A DNA stretch of 58,800 nucleotides. Origin: an uncultured Heliomicrobium sp. Its GTDB lineage: Bacteria > Acidobacteriota > Blastocatellia > RBC074. Location of the stretch: the NCBI GenBank assembly GCA_964645355.1, contig CAZXZU010000003.1, positions 1-58,800 of the forward strand, written 5' to 3'. The translations under genes were made by a program, and so were the position numbers. Within the stretch, counting starts at the first letter, position 1. Each line of letters starts with the position of its first letter. Under the pieces are notes generated by a model. That model was given only the letters and a program-made list of their open reading frames with translations. It did no database searches and had not been told where the DNA came from. Positions 36,297 to 48,193 of the stretch are shown piece after piece.

Positions 36297-37463
36297 TTAC
36301 AATTCGACAGCTTCGACGGCGTAAACGTGCGGCAAGTGCCGGGCGATGCACGTCCATTTTTCGCCTTCGTTCGTGCTGGCCCAGATTTCTCCGCAAGTCG
36401 TGCCGAAGTAAACCCCTACGGGATCACGCGCGTCGGCAGTCATCGCCTGCCGAAAAACTGTCAGCCAGGCTTGTTCCTTCGGCAATCCGTTGTCCTGCCG
36501 TTGCCAGCTTTTGCCGGAGTTGCGCGTGACATAAGCCGCAGGCTTGCCGCCCGGCGAAGTTCGCGGCCAGACCTGAGTCCCATCCATCGGAAAGACCCAA
36601 GCCGTTTTAGGATCGCGCGGATGCAACACCATCGGGAAGCCAATGTCGCCGACTGACTTCGGCATCTTTTCGCCGATGCGAACCCACAGGTTTTCGGCTC
36701 CGGCGGCGGTGCGATCCAAGCGGTAAATGCCGCAATGGTTTTGCTGGTACAAAATATCCGGAGCCAACGGATGCAGCCTGACGCAATGCGGGTCCTGGCC
36801 GTATTCAGGCAACGGGTCGGGAAAAAAGTCCGCGCGGCTCCCGGCGTTCAACGGATTCCAGGTAGCGCCTTTGTCCGAGCTTTCAAAAACTCCGCCGCCA
36901 GACATGCCAACGTACAAATGATTCGCATCGCGCGGATCAACGATGACCGAATGCAGTTTCGGGCCGTCAGGCGTGCCGCTCTGATCGCCGCCTGTCCAGG
37001 TCATCAGCATCGGGTGATCGTTGAAGCCCGAAACTGCCGACCAAGTGTCGCCGCCATCTTCCGACCTGAACAACGCTTGCGGCGAAGTCCCTGCGTACCA
37101 AACCTTCGCTTCGCTGGCGTGCCCGGGCGTCAGCCAGAAAACGTGATCCACGGTTCTTCCCTTTTCGCCTTCTGCGGCTTTAGGAAAAGCGGGTGGCTTG
37201 GCGGCCTCTTTCCAGGTTTTGCCTTGATTGGTCGAACGATAAACCGTCGGCCCCAAATGGCCGGTCTTCGCCGCCATCAACAAAGTTTTTCCGTCGCGCG
37301 GATCAAGCACTACATGATGGATGATATTGCCCAGAAAGATCGGCCCTTTGGTTTGCCAGGTTTTTCGTTTTGAATCTGAAGTCAGAATGAAAGCGCCTTT
37401 CTTGGTGGCGACCAGCAAAGCGACTGATTTTGCTACGGGTTTCTTTTTCGCAGTTTGTTTCAC
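36297..37463 (-). CDS. BNR/Asp-box repeat beta-propeller protein (sialidase/Ycf48-like fold)
   Basis: Five Asp-box-like motifs: STNQGKTW, SEDGGDTW, SSDKGATW, TRNSGKSW, STNEGEKW. Confidence 0.7.
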   Translation of the reverse strand: MKQTAKKKPVAKSVALLVATKKGAFILTSDSKRKTWQTKGPIFLGNIIHHVVLDPRDGKTLLMAAKTGHLGPTVYRSTNQGKTWKEAAKPPAFPKAAEGEKGRTVDHVFWLTPGHASEAKVWYAGTSPQALFRSEDGGDTWSAVSGFNDHPMLMTWTGGDQSGTPDGPKLHSVIVDPRDANHLYVGMSGGGVFESSDKGATWNPLNAGSRADFFPDPLPEYGQDPHCVRLHPLAPDILYQQNHCGIYRLDRTAAGAENLWVRIGEKMPKSVGDIGFPMVLHPRDPKTAWVFPMDGTQVWPRTSPGGKPAAYVTRNSGKSWQRQDNGLPKEQAWLTVFRQAMTADARDPVGVYFGTTCGEIWASTNEGEKWTCIARHLPHVYAVEAVEL

Positions 37464-37689
37464 GTTGATGACTCCTTACGTTTGGTTTGAATTTTGGGGG
37501 CGAATGCCCGTGCAAATATACATTACCAGCGGCAGAAATGTTCCATCTGCAAAACAAATGTTTCATCCAACCGGGTCAAACCTTGTAATAAAAATCCTGC
37601 CTGACCATAATCCGCGCGCAATCTTCCCTTCCATTTAGCAAACGGGTCACGATGTGAGTTTCAACAGCATCGGCAAACAAATTAAATCG

Positions 37690-37710
37690 CCTGCCTTCGG
37701 GCAGGTTTTG
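37690..37710 (+). promoter_or_regulatory. UUCG-tetraloop hairpin plus U4 in the leader, 13 nt before the PSD1 start codon
   Basis: CCTGCC-TTCG-GGCAGG followed by TTTTG. Confidence 0.4.
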
Positions 37711-37722
37711 CAAACAACCGGC

Positions 37723-41016
<3,294 letters not shown>

Positions 41017-41021
41017 GCAAA

Positions 41022-41669
41022 GTGAGTTTGCCCGCGCGTTTGTTTTCGCGCCGACGTTTGAAGTTCATCGCCGTCAGCTTTGGGCTGATTGCTGTGTTGT
41101 TTGGAGTGGCTTGGTGGCAACGCGCTCCTTTGCTGAAAGGCATTGCGCGAGTTTGGATTGTTTCGGAGGCTCCGACGCCAGCCGACGCGATTGTCATTCT
41201 GGGCGGCGGTTTGGAATTGCGGACTCTGAAAGCGGCGGAGCTTTACCACGCCGGATTCGCCAACCGGATTCTGGTCATGCAGCCGGAGCGAACGAAGATC
41301 AACAAGCTAGGTTTGATCGTTGACCAGGGCGCTTTGACCGCTGAGTTTTTGAAACTGGAAAACGTCCCCGAAAGCGCGATTGTCAGGCTGGAGCCGGAAG
41401 TGACCAGCACTTTGGATGAAGCCGAAGCGACAGCAGCTTGGGCAAAAGCGAATGGCGCGCACCAAGTTCTGGTAACGACTGACATTTTCCACACCCGGCG
41501 AGCGCTTTGGATTTTGAATCGCAAGCTGAAGGAAGTCGGCGTTGAAGTGAAGATGATCGCTGTCCCACAGAAAAAATACGACGCCGACAACTGGTGGCAA
41601 ACCGAACCCGGCGTGATTGATTTTCAAAACGAGGTCATCAAGTTCGCGGTTTATCGTTGGCGGTATTGA
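41022..41669 (+). CDS. DUF218 (YdcF/ElyC/SanA-like) membrane-anchored protein
   Basis: GTG 41022 lies 8 nt after AAGGAG and just after the PSD1 stop. N-terminal TM FIAVSFGLIAVLFGVAWW, then ADAIVILGGGLELRTLKAAELYHAGFANRILV, which is typical of DUF218. Confidence 0.7.
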   Translation: MSLPARLFSRRRLKFIAVSFGLIAVLFGVAWWQRAPLLKGIARVWIVSEAPTPADAIVILGGGLELRTLKAAELYHAGFANRILVMQPERTKINKLGLIVDQGALTAEFLKLENVPESAIVRLEPEVTSTLDEAEATAAWAKANGAHQVLVTTDIFHTRRALWILNRKLKEVGVEVKMIAVPQKKYDADNWWQTEPGVIDFQNEVIKFAVYRWRY

Positions 41670-41689
41670 GGAATCGGAAATGCGGAAGC

Positions 41690-42088
41690 TCAATCCAACC
41701 AGATGCGTTTGTTGGTGTACTGGTCAAGAGTTTCATCCGTGCTGACAAGTGAATAATCTTCGACGGTGGATTGGGCGACAAGAATTCTGTCGAATGGGTC
41801 TTTGTGATGAAAAGGCATCGCTTCAATCCGATCAATATGATCCAACTTGATAGAAAGAAGTTTGATGTTGTTATGAACAACGTGAAACTCAACAAGCTGT
41901 TTCACCGGCTCGTCGAGTTTTATCTTTCCGATTGAAACCTTGATCGCCAGTTCCCAAATGCTGGCCAAACTCAGGAAAACTGAATTGTTTCCGTCTTCCA
42001 ACAGGTCTTTTGTCGCTTGTGGCAGATTGGCAGCTTGCTCTTTGCCAGCGAACCAAAGAAAGGCGTGAGTGTCGAGTAACAGGTTCAT
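41690..42088 (-). CDS. vapC: PIN-domain toxin, VapC family
   Basis: MNLLLDTHAFLWF...SLASIWELAIKVSIGK...PFHHKDPFDRILVAQS...LVSTDE carries the PIN acidic residues. There is a 4-nt ATGA overlap with the upstream antitoxin gene. Confidence 0.85.
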   Translation of the reverse strand: MNLLLDTHAFLWFAGKEQAANLPQATKDLLEDGNNSVFLSLASIWELAIKVSIGKIKLDEPVKQLVEFHVVHNNIKLLSIKLDHIDRIEAMPFHHKDPFDRILVAQSTVEDYSLVSTDETLDQYTNKRIWLD

Positions 42089-42333
42089 GGCATGTACTCC
42101 GCGAAATCTTCCAGAGGCTCGTCAAAGTCGGGGCTGATCCAAACGATTGTGCTGCTCAACCCAGCTCGACGGCCTTTAGGCTTTTCGCCGTTAGGCTGAG
42201 AATCATGACCGTTAACCCGGACGATTTTGGCGACAGTTTGATTTTTAGCAGTGATGAGTAATTCTTCGCCGGGCTGAATGTTGCTCAGCAGTTCCTGGGT
42301 TTGCGGCGTCAGTTCGGAAAATTCAAGTTGCAT
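42085..42333 (-). CDS. vapB: VapB-type antitoxin (Phd/YefM-like N-terminus, DFDEPLEDFAEYM tail)
   Basis: 82 aa from ATG 42333. The tail ...WISPDFDEPLEDFAEYMP is typical of antitoxins paired with PIN toxins. The ORF-track start at 42453 adds an implausible hydrophobic extension. Confidence 0.7.
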   Translation of the reverse strand: MQLEFSELTPQTQELLSNIQPGEELLITAKNQTVAKIVRVNGHDSQPNGEKPKGRRAGLSSTIVWISPDFDEPLEDFAEYMP

Positions 42334-42382
42334 AGTTGGCTCCTTTGTTCGAGCCGCGATTATACAAGCGAAGAGAATCAAT

Positions 42383-43630
42383 ATGAACTTCAGACTGGCG
42401 GTATTGGCGACAATGTTGTTTGCGCTGACAATCGGCGGTGGTGGGGCAGCCATTCAATCATCCACGCAAACTGGTTCGCCAGTCAGCGTTTACCTGCTCA
42501 AACCTGCTCGCGTTTTTGACGGCGAGCAATTGCGCGAAGGCTGGGCGGTGCTGGTGCGCGGCGAAAAGATCGAGGCTGCCAGCGCGACAAGCGAAATCAA
42601 AGCGCCCGCCGATGCCAAAATCATAGAGCTTCCCAACTCGACGTTAATGCCCGGTTTGATCGAAGCGCATTCGCACGTGCTGCTGCATCCTTACAGCGAA
42701 ACTTCCTGGAACGATCAGGTCGCGCGTGAACATCAAAGCTTGCGCGTGGCGCGAGCAACGAATCATTTGCGCGACACTTTGCTGGCGGGCTTCACCACGA
42801 TCAGAGACTTGGGAACCGAAGGCGCTGGATTCGCCGATGTAGGTTTGAAGCAAGCTGTTCAGCAAGGAATCATCCCCGGCCCGCGAATGCTGGTGGCGAC
42901 CCTGGCGATTGTCGCTTCGGGCAGTTACGGCCCCAAAGGTTACGCCACAGAATGGAACGTGCCGCAAGGCGCTGAAGAAGCCGACGGCGTTGACAGCTTG
43001 ACCCGCGCCGTTCGCACTCAAATAGGCAAAGGCGCTGACTGGATCAAGGTTTACGCCGATTACCGCTGGGGCAAAGGCGGAGCCGCTCCGACGTTTTCGC
43101 TGGAAGAATTGAAGCTGATTGTGGAAACGGCCAGGAGCGCAGGCATTCCGGTTTCCGCTCATTCGGCAACGCCTGAAGGCATGCGCCGCGCGACGCTGGC
43201 CGGAGTCGAAACCATTGAACACGGCGACGAAGGCACGCCGGAAGTGTTCCGTTTGATGAAAGAAAAAGGCGTCGCGCTCTGCCCAACTCTTTCCGTCGGC
43301 AATCAAGCTCGCAAACCCGCGATGATGAAAGCCGCTCTGGCAGCGGGCGTGACCATCGCGGCGGGCAGCGACGTTGGCGTGTTCGCTCACGGCGACAACG
43401 CGCGCGAGTTGGAAGCAATGGTTAAATTCGGAATGTCGCCGGTTGATGCGCTGCGCTCGGCGACTTCCGTCAACGCGCGAGTGCTGCATCTGGAAAATCA
43501 GATCGGCACGGTCAAACCCGGATTGCTGGCTGACTTGATCGCCGTCGAAGGCGACCCGACGCGCGATGTTTCCGTCGTTCGCAAAATCAAACTGGTGATG
43601 AAAGCCGGCAAGCTTTACAAAACTTTCTGA
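42383..43630 (+). CDS. metal-dependent amidohydrolase (imidazolonepropionase/prolidase-like), secreted
   Basis: Signal MNFRLAVLATMLFALTIGGGGAA, HxH motif LMPGLIEAHSHVLLHP, and a C-terminal GTVKPGLLADLIAVEGDP block. Confidence 0.8.
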   Translation: MNFRLAVLATMLFALTIGGGGAAIQSSTQTGSPVSVYLLKPARVFDGEQLREGWAVLVRGEKIEAASATSEIKAPADAKIIELPNSTLMPGLIEAHSHVLLHPYSETSWNDQVAREHQSLRVARATNHLRDTLLAGFTTIRDLGTEGAGFADVGLKQAVQQGIIPGPRMLVATLAIVASGSYGPKGYATEWNVPQGAEEADGVDSLTRAVRTQIGKGADWIKVYADYRWGKGGAAPTFSLEELKLIVETARSAGIPVSAHSATPEGMRRATLAGVETIEHGDEGTPEVFRLMKEKGVALCPTLSVGNQARKPAMMKAALAAGVTIAAGSDVGVFAHGDNARELEAMVKFGMSPVDALRSATSVNARVLHLENQIGTVKPGLLADLIAVEGDPTRDVSVVRKIKLVMKAGKLYKTF

Positions 43631-43649
43631 CACCGCAAAGGAGCAAGCA

Positions 43650-44897
43650 ATGAAACAGCAAACACAAATTGAAACGGCAATTGCGCGCCGCGACTTTCTG
43701 AAAACTTCGGCGGTTGGCGTTGGCGGAGCGATGCTGGCGTCGCTTCCGGCTTCGGCCAAAGTGCTTGGAGCAAATGACCGCATTCGCGTCGCTGCCATCG
43801 GAACCGGCGGACGCATGCGAGGCTTGCTGAACTATTTCAAGAACCAACCGGACACTGAGCTTGTCGCGCTGTGCGATGTTTACCAACCGAACATCGAACG
43901 CGCGGCGACTCAGCTTGGCATTCCAGGCGCTAAACAAATCAAAGACTATCGAGCCGTGCTCGACGATAAAAACATTGACGCCGTGGTCATCGCTACGCCC
44001 GATCACTGGCACGTCAAAATCACTTCTGACGCCGTAGCCGCCGGCAAAGACGTGTACGTCGAAAAGCCCATCACTCACTCGCTGGAAGAAGGCGCGGGAA
44101 TCATCAAAGCCGTCGAGACGAGCAAGCGCGTAATCCAGGTCGGCATGCAGCAACGAAGCTGGGAGCATTTCATTCATGGCAAAAAGATCATTGACGACGG
44201 CACACTCGGCAAAATCACGACGGTCAGGATGTGGTGGTATCAGAACTACCCGGCCAGCGGTCATTCAAACAAAATCGCTTACGACAAACTCGACCAGAAA
44301 GCCTGGCTCGGCAATGCTCCGGCGCAGGAACTGACGCCCGCTAAATTTTATTGGTGGCGTTGGTACTGGAACTTCGGCGGAGGCGCGCTGACCGATTTGA
44401 TGTGTCATTGGATTGACGTGGTTCATTGGTACACCGGAGCGACGACTCCACTGGCGGCGACAACCGTCGGCAATCGTTACGTGCTGGACTGGGAATGCCC
44501 CGACACCATCAACTGCGTGCTGGAATATCCGAAGAACTTCACGGCGACCTATCACGGTACGATGAGCAGCAGCATTGACGACGGCGGCCTTGAGCTTCGC
44601 GGAACGAAAGCGACAATGAAACTCGACCGCGAACGGCTGGCCGTTTACCCTGAAAGCGGCCAGGGCTTCACTCGCGCGGGCGAAGCCAAACACAGCATCC
44701 TGATCCCGTCCAAAGGCGACGGAACCGCCACTCACATCCGCAACTTCCTGGATTCGGTCAAAAGCCGCAAGACGCCGAACGCCGACATCCGCGTCGCCGT
44801 CGAAGCCGCGCGCGCGGCTCACATCGGCAATCTGGCGTTGAAACAGGAACGCAAGGTTCGTTGGGATGCTCAACTGGGACGGATTCAAGGCGAATAG
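43650..44897 (+). CDS. Gfo/Idh/MocA-family oxidoreductase with Tat signal
   Basis: Twin-arginine signal RRDFLKTSAVGVGGAMLA and Rossmann N-terminus IRVAAIGTGGRMRGLL. Confidence 0.8.
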   Translation: MKQQTQIETAIARRDFLKTSAVGVGGAMLASLPASAKVLGANDRIRVAAIGTGGRMRGLLNYFKNQPDTELVALCDVYQPNIERAATQLGIPGAKQIKDYRAVLDDKNIDAVVIATPDHWHVKITSDAVAAGKDVYVEKPITHSLEEGAGIIKAVETSKRVIQVGMQQRSWEHFIHGKKIIDDGTLGKITTVRMWWYQNYPASGHSNKIAYDKLDQKAWLGNAPAQELTPAKFYWWRWYWNFGGGALTDLMCHWIDVVHWYTGATTPLAATTVGNRYVLDWECPDTINCVLEYPKNFTATYHGTMSSSIDDGGLELRGTKATMKLDRERLAVYPESGQGFTRAGEAKHSILIPSKGDGTATHIRNFLDSVKSRKTPNADIRVAVEAARAAHIGNLALKQERKVRWDAQLGRIQGE

Positions 44898-44908
44898 TCG
44901 GACGATTT

Positions 44909-45322
44909 ATGCCTAGAAACGATGCTTATCACCAAGTCGTAAAACAAGCCTTGCTCAAAGACGGCTGGCAAGTGACGCGCGACCATCTCAGCATCAAATA
45001 CGGCGGGCTTCATGTGCAAATTGATCTCGCAGCGGAAAGGCAATTGAACAATCTGCCGGATCAAAAGGCTGCAATTGAAGTCAAAGTTTTCGAGGGAATA
45101 TCTTTCGTCAACAACTTTGAAAAAGCAGTAGGCCAATACAGCGTTTATCGCTTTCTTTTGAAAAAAGCCCGAATGGACCGTCAGTTGTTTCTGGCCATCA
45201 CAGAGGCGGTTTACAATAAATTCTTCATACTCCCGGCAGTTCGGGAGTACGTCACCGAGCAAGAAATTTTCCTGCTCATTTTTGACCCTAAACACGAGGA
45301 GGTTATCGCATGGATCAAATAG
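44909..45322 (+). CDS. xisH: XisH-family protein (endonuclease-like fold)
   Basis: MPRNDAYHQVVKQALLKDGWQVTRDHLSIKYGGLHVQIDLAAE...IEVKVF... is typical XisH. The start is taken at ATG 44909. Confidence 0.8.
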   Translation: MPRNDAYHQVVKQALLKDGWQVTRDHLSIKYGGLHVQIDLAAERQLNNLPDQKAAIEVKVFEGISFVNNFEKAVGQYSVYRFLLKKARMDRQLFLAITEAVYNKFFILPAVREYVTEQEIFLLIFDPKHEEVIAWIK

Positions 45323-45654
45323 CCAAACTCAATCGTTATCGGCAGATTTTGCAGCAAATTGTAGAGCATCACGCGGCGACACCTGCTGAGCCGGAACACA
45401 TCGAATCGCTTCCCATTTGCGACTCTGTACACGGCGATTATTTGTTGATGGACGTGGATAGATCGCCCAAAGGCAGCGGAGTCATTGTCGTTCACCTGCG
45501 CCTGAAAAACGGCAAGGTACTGATTGAACGTGATGGAATCGAAGACGGCATTGCACAGGATTTAATCGAAGCAGGTATTCCGGCAGAAGATATTGTGTTC
45601 ACCTTTTATGGCAACAAACCGCAACCTTACTACGAATTGGCAGCAGCAGCTTAA
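45310..45654 (+). CDS. xisI: XisI-family protein
   Basis: MDQIAKLNRYRQILQQIVEHHA...DSVHGDYLLMDV...HLRLKNGKVLIERDGIEDGIAQDLIEAGIPAEDIV is typical XisI. It overlaps xisH by 13 nt. Confidence 0.8.
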   Translation: MDQIAKLNRYRQILQQIVEHHAATPAEPEHIESLPICDSVHGDYLLMDVDRSPKGSGVIVVHLRLKNGKVLIERDGIEDGIAQDLIEAGIPAEDIVFTFYGNKPQPYYELAAAA

Positions 45655-45681
45655 ACCCGAATTTTTATCAGGAGCATTTTT

Positions 45682-47103
45682 ATGAGCTTGAACAACCCCG
45701 ACGAAAAAAACAGTAATGACGTTTCTCGCCGCTGGTTTATCGAACAATGCGGCGTAGGTTTGGGCGCGTTGGCGCTCAATCACTTGCTGGCAAGCGAAGG
45801 TTACGCGCAATCGCAAAACCCGCTGGCTCCTAAAAAGACGCACTTCCCGCCGAAGATCAAGAACGTCATCTATCTGTTTATGGCCGGAGGCCCCAGCCAC
45901 ATAGAAATGTTTGACAACAAACCTTCGCTGGCAAAGTTCGATGGCACTTTGCCACCGCCAGACTTGCTGAAAGGGTATCGAGCGGCGTTCATCAACCCGA
46001 ACTCGAAGCTGTTGGGGCCGAAGTTCAAGTTCGCCAAGCATGGCCAGTCCGGCGCGGAAGTTTCCGAACTGTTGCCGCACACGGCCAAAATTGCCGACGA
46101 CATCACCATCGTCAAAGGCATGGTCAGCGATGCGTTCAATCACGCTCCGGCACAGTTGATGATGAACACGGGTTCGATGATTTTCGGGCGACCGAGTTTT
46201 GGCGCGTGGACGATTTACGGAATGGGCAGCGAAGCCGAAGACCTGCCCGCTTATGTCGTTTTCAGCACCGGCAGCAAAGGCCCAAGCGGCGGCAATTCGT
46301 GTTGGGGCAGCGGATTTCTGCCGACGGTTTATCAGGGAGTCCAATTCCGTAACGTGGGCGATCCGGTGCTTTACCTGTCCAATCCGCGCGGAGTTGACGC
46401 CAAGCTCCAACGCGATTCGCTGGACACGATACAGAAGCTGAACCGCATGCGGCTGGACACGGTCGGCGATCCTGAAATCGCCACGCGCATCAATTCGTTC
46501 GAGATGGCTTACAAGATGCAAACCAGCGCGCCGGAGCTGATGGACTTGGGCAAAGAGCCAAAGCACATTCTGGAAATGTACGGAGCCGAACCGGGCAAAC
46601 CTTCGTTCGCCAATTCGGTTTTGATGGCTCGGCGAATGGTCGAACGCGGAGTGCGCTTCGTCCAGATTTACCACGAAGCCTGGGATCAACACGGTTCGCT
46701 GGTTCGTGACCTGACCAAAAATTGCCTGGACACAGATCAAGCCTGCGCGGCGTTGGTCAAAGATTTGAAGCAACGCGGAATGCTGGACGACACGCTGGTT
46801 ATATGGGGCGGCGAGTTCGGGCGAACGCCTATGGTTCAAGGCGGCAGCGACGGACGCGATCATCACCCGAACGCTTTCACCATGTGGCTGGCGGGCGGAG
46901 GCTTCAAACCCGGCATCACTTACGGCGAAAGCGATGAACTCGGTTTCAACGTCGTCAAAGACCGCGTACACGTTCACGACCTGCACGCGACGCTGTTGCA
47001 CCAACTCGGCTTCGATCACGAAAAACTGACTTATCGTTTTCAGGGGCGCGACTTCCGGCTGACGGACGTTGCCGGATTGGTCGTAGACAAACTGCTGGCT
47101 TAG
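45682..47103 (+). CDS. DUF1501-family (sulfatase-fold) protein with Tat signal
   Basis: [17 protein letters not shown], then [19 protein letters not shown] ... WGGEFGRTP ... GRDHH. Confidence 0.85.
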   Translation: MSLNNPDEKNSNDVSRRWFIEQCGVGLGALALNHLLASEGYAQSQNPLAPKKTHFPPKIKNVIYLFMAGGPSHIEMFDNKPSLAKFDGTLPPPDLLKGYRAAFINPNSKLLGPKFKFAKHGQSGAEVSELLPHTAKIADDITIVKGMVSDAFNHAPAQLMMNTGSMIFGRPSFGAWTIYGMGSEAEDLPAYVVFSTGSKGPSGGNSCWGSGFLPTVYQGVQFRNVGDPVLYLSNPRGVDAKLQRDSLDTIQKLNRMRLDTVGDPEIATRINSFEMAYKMQTSAPELMDLGKEPKHILEMYGAEPGKPSFANSVLMARRMVERGVRFVQIYHEAWDQHGSLVRDLTKNCLDTDQACAALVKDLKQRGMLDDTLVIWGGEFGRTPMVQGGSDGRDHHPNAFTMWLAGGGFKPGITYGESDELGFNVVKDRVHVHDLHATLLHQLGFDHEKLTYRFQGRDFRLTDVAGLVVDKLLA

Positions 47104-47113
47104 AGGTGAAGCG

Positions 47114-47842
47114 ATGAAACGATGGATTGCAATTCTGTTTGTGATGGTGGCGCTGACCTGCTTGGCCGTTTCGCAGGAAGTGTGGAAGCCGAAGCCCAAG
47201 CGCAGCGATGCTGTAAGAGTTCTGGTTGCTACCGGCGGTCACGATTACGATCCTGAGTTCTATTCCGTTTTCGACGACGAAGCGATTAACGCCAAAGTTG
47301 ATCCTCATCCGCGCGCTTACAGTTACGACATGCGACGGCGCGCCGACGTGCTGGTGATGTACGACACGGCGCAAGCTCTGGAACCGGCGAGACAGAAAAA
47401 CCTGCGCGATTTCGTCGAAAGCGGCAAAGGCGTTGTCGTGCTGCATCACGCCATCTGCACCAACGTCAATTGGCCGTGGTGGTATGAAGAAGTCGTCGGC
47501 GGACGATGGTTGTTTGAACCGGTGGGCGGCAAAGTCGGCAGCTACAAACACGACCTGGATTTGACGATCAAACCGGCGATGCAGCATCCGATCCTGAATG
47601 GCATTTCGACTTTCCGCATTCACGATGAAACTTACAAAGACCTGTGGATTTCGCCGAAGGTCAAAGTGCTGCTGACGACCGACGATAAAACCAGCGACGG
47701 CCCAGTCGCCTGGATCAGCCCTTACGAAAAAGCGCGCGTCGTTTACATCCAGCTTGGCCACGACCGCAACGCGAACCTGAATCCGAACTACCAACGGCTG
47801 GTCAGAAACGCGATTCAGTGGGCGGCGGGAAGATTGAATTGA
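47114..47842 (+). CDS. ThuA-domain protein
   Basis: Signal MKRWIAILFVMVALTCLAVS, then VLVATGGHDYDPEFYSVF ... GVVVLHHA ... DETY, the ThuA-like pattern. Confidence 0.7.
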   Translation: MKRWIAILFVMVALTCLAVSQEVWKPKPKRSDAVRVLVATGGHDYDPEFYSVFDDEAINAKVDPHPRAYSYDMRRRADVLVMYDTAQALEPARQKNLRDFVESGKGVVVLHHAICTNVNWPWWYEEVVGGRWLFEPVGGKVGSYKHDLDLTIKPAMQHPILNGISTFRIHDETYKDLWISPKVKVLLTTDDKTSDGPVAWISPYEKARVVYIQLGHDRNANLNPNYQRLVRNAIQWAAGRLN

Positions 47843-47848
47843 TGAAAG

Positions 47849-48112
47849 TGTGTAGCTGCTCAGCACTTCTTCGTCCCAGCGGGACGGTTGATTTTAGGCA
47901 GGTCGTTTTACGGCCTGCGTGTGACGGTAAAATCATTTGCGTCCCATCGGGACGGCTGATTGGTGGTCAACATTGATTTTATTCGCTAACCAGGAATTCA
48001 GCCGTCCCGACGGGACGCGGCAATCTCTTCGCCATTTTGCAGGCCGTAAAACGACCTGCCTAAATTCAAATGTCCCTACGGGACAAAAAGGTTGAACGGC
48101 AGCAGCCTGCAC
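47849..48112. repeat. long imperfect palindrome (~110-nt arms) containing four GTCCC-NNN-GGGAC mini-hairpins
   Basis: Perfect 25-bp core TTAGGCAGGTCGTTTTACGGCCTGC (about 47895-47919) against its complement at about 48038-48062. CGTCCCATCGGGACGGCTGA against TCAGCCGTCCCGACGGGACG. Outer GTCCCAGCGGGAC and GTCCCTACGGGAC. The flanks GTGTAGCTGCTCAGCAC and GCAGCAGCCTGCAC are also partly complementary. Confidence 0.75.
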
Positions 48113-48193
48113 TGGCCTGAAATAGATGAAGATTTATCTGTCACAAATTTATTGGCTGGCGCGAACCGACAATGCGCATAACGACTTTAAGCC

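Noticed and set aside
45562-47199. 545-aa minus-strand ORF
   Set aside because: It is antisense to the well-supported DUF1501 gene. It is Arg/Val/Phe-rich with no motifs, typical of a shadow ORF in GC-rich DNA. The same reasoning applies to 4519-5619(-), 19555-20637(-), 23074-24372(+), 25811-26764(+), 27610-28560(-), 31909-32955(-), 42644-43816(-), 46955-47866(-), 50957-52453(+) and the other internal antisense ORFs.
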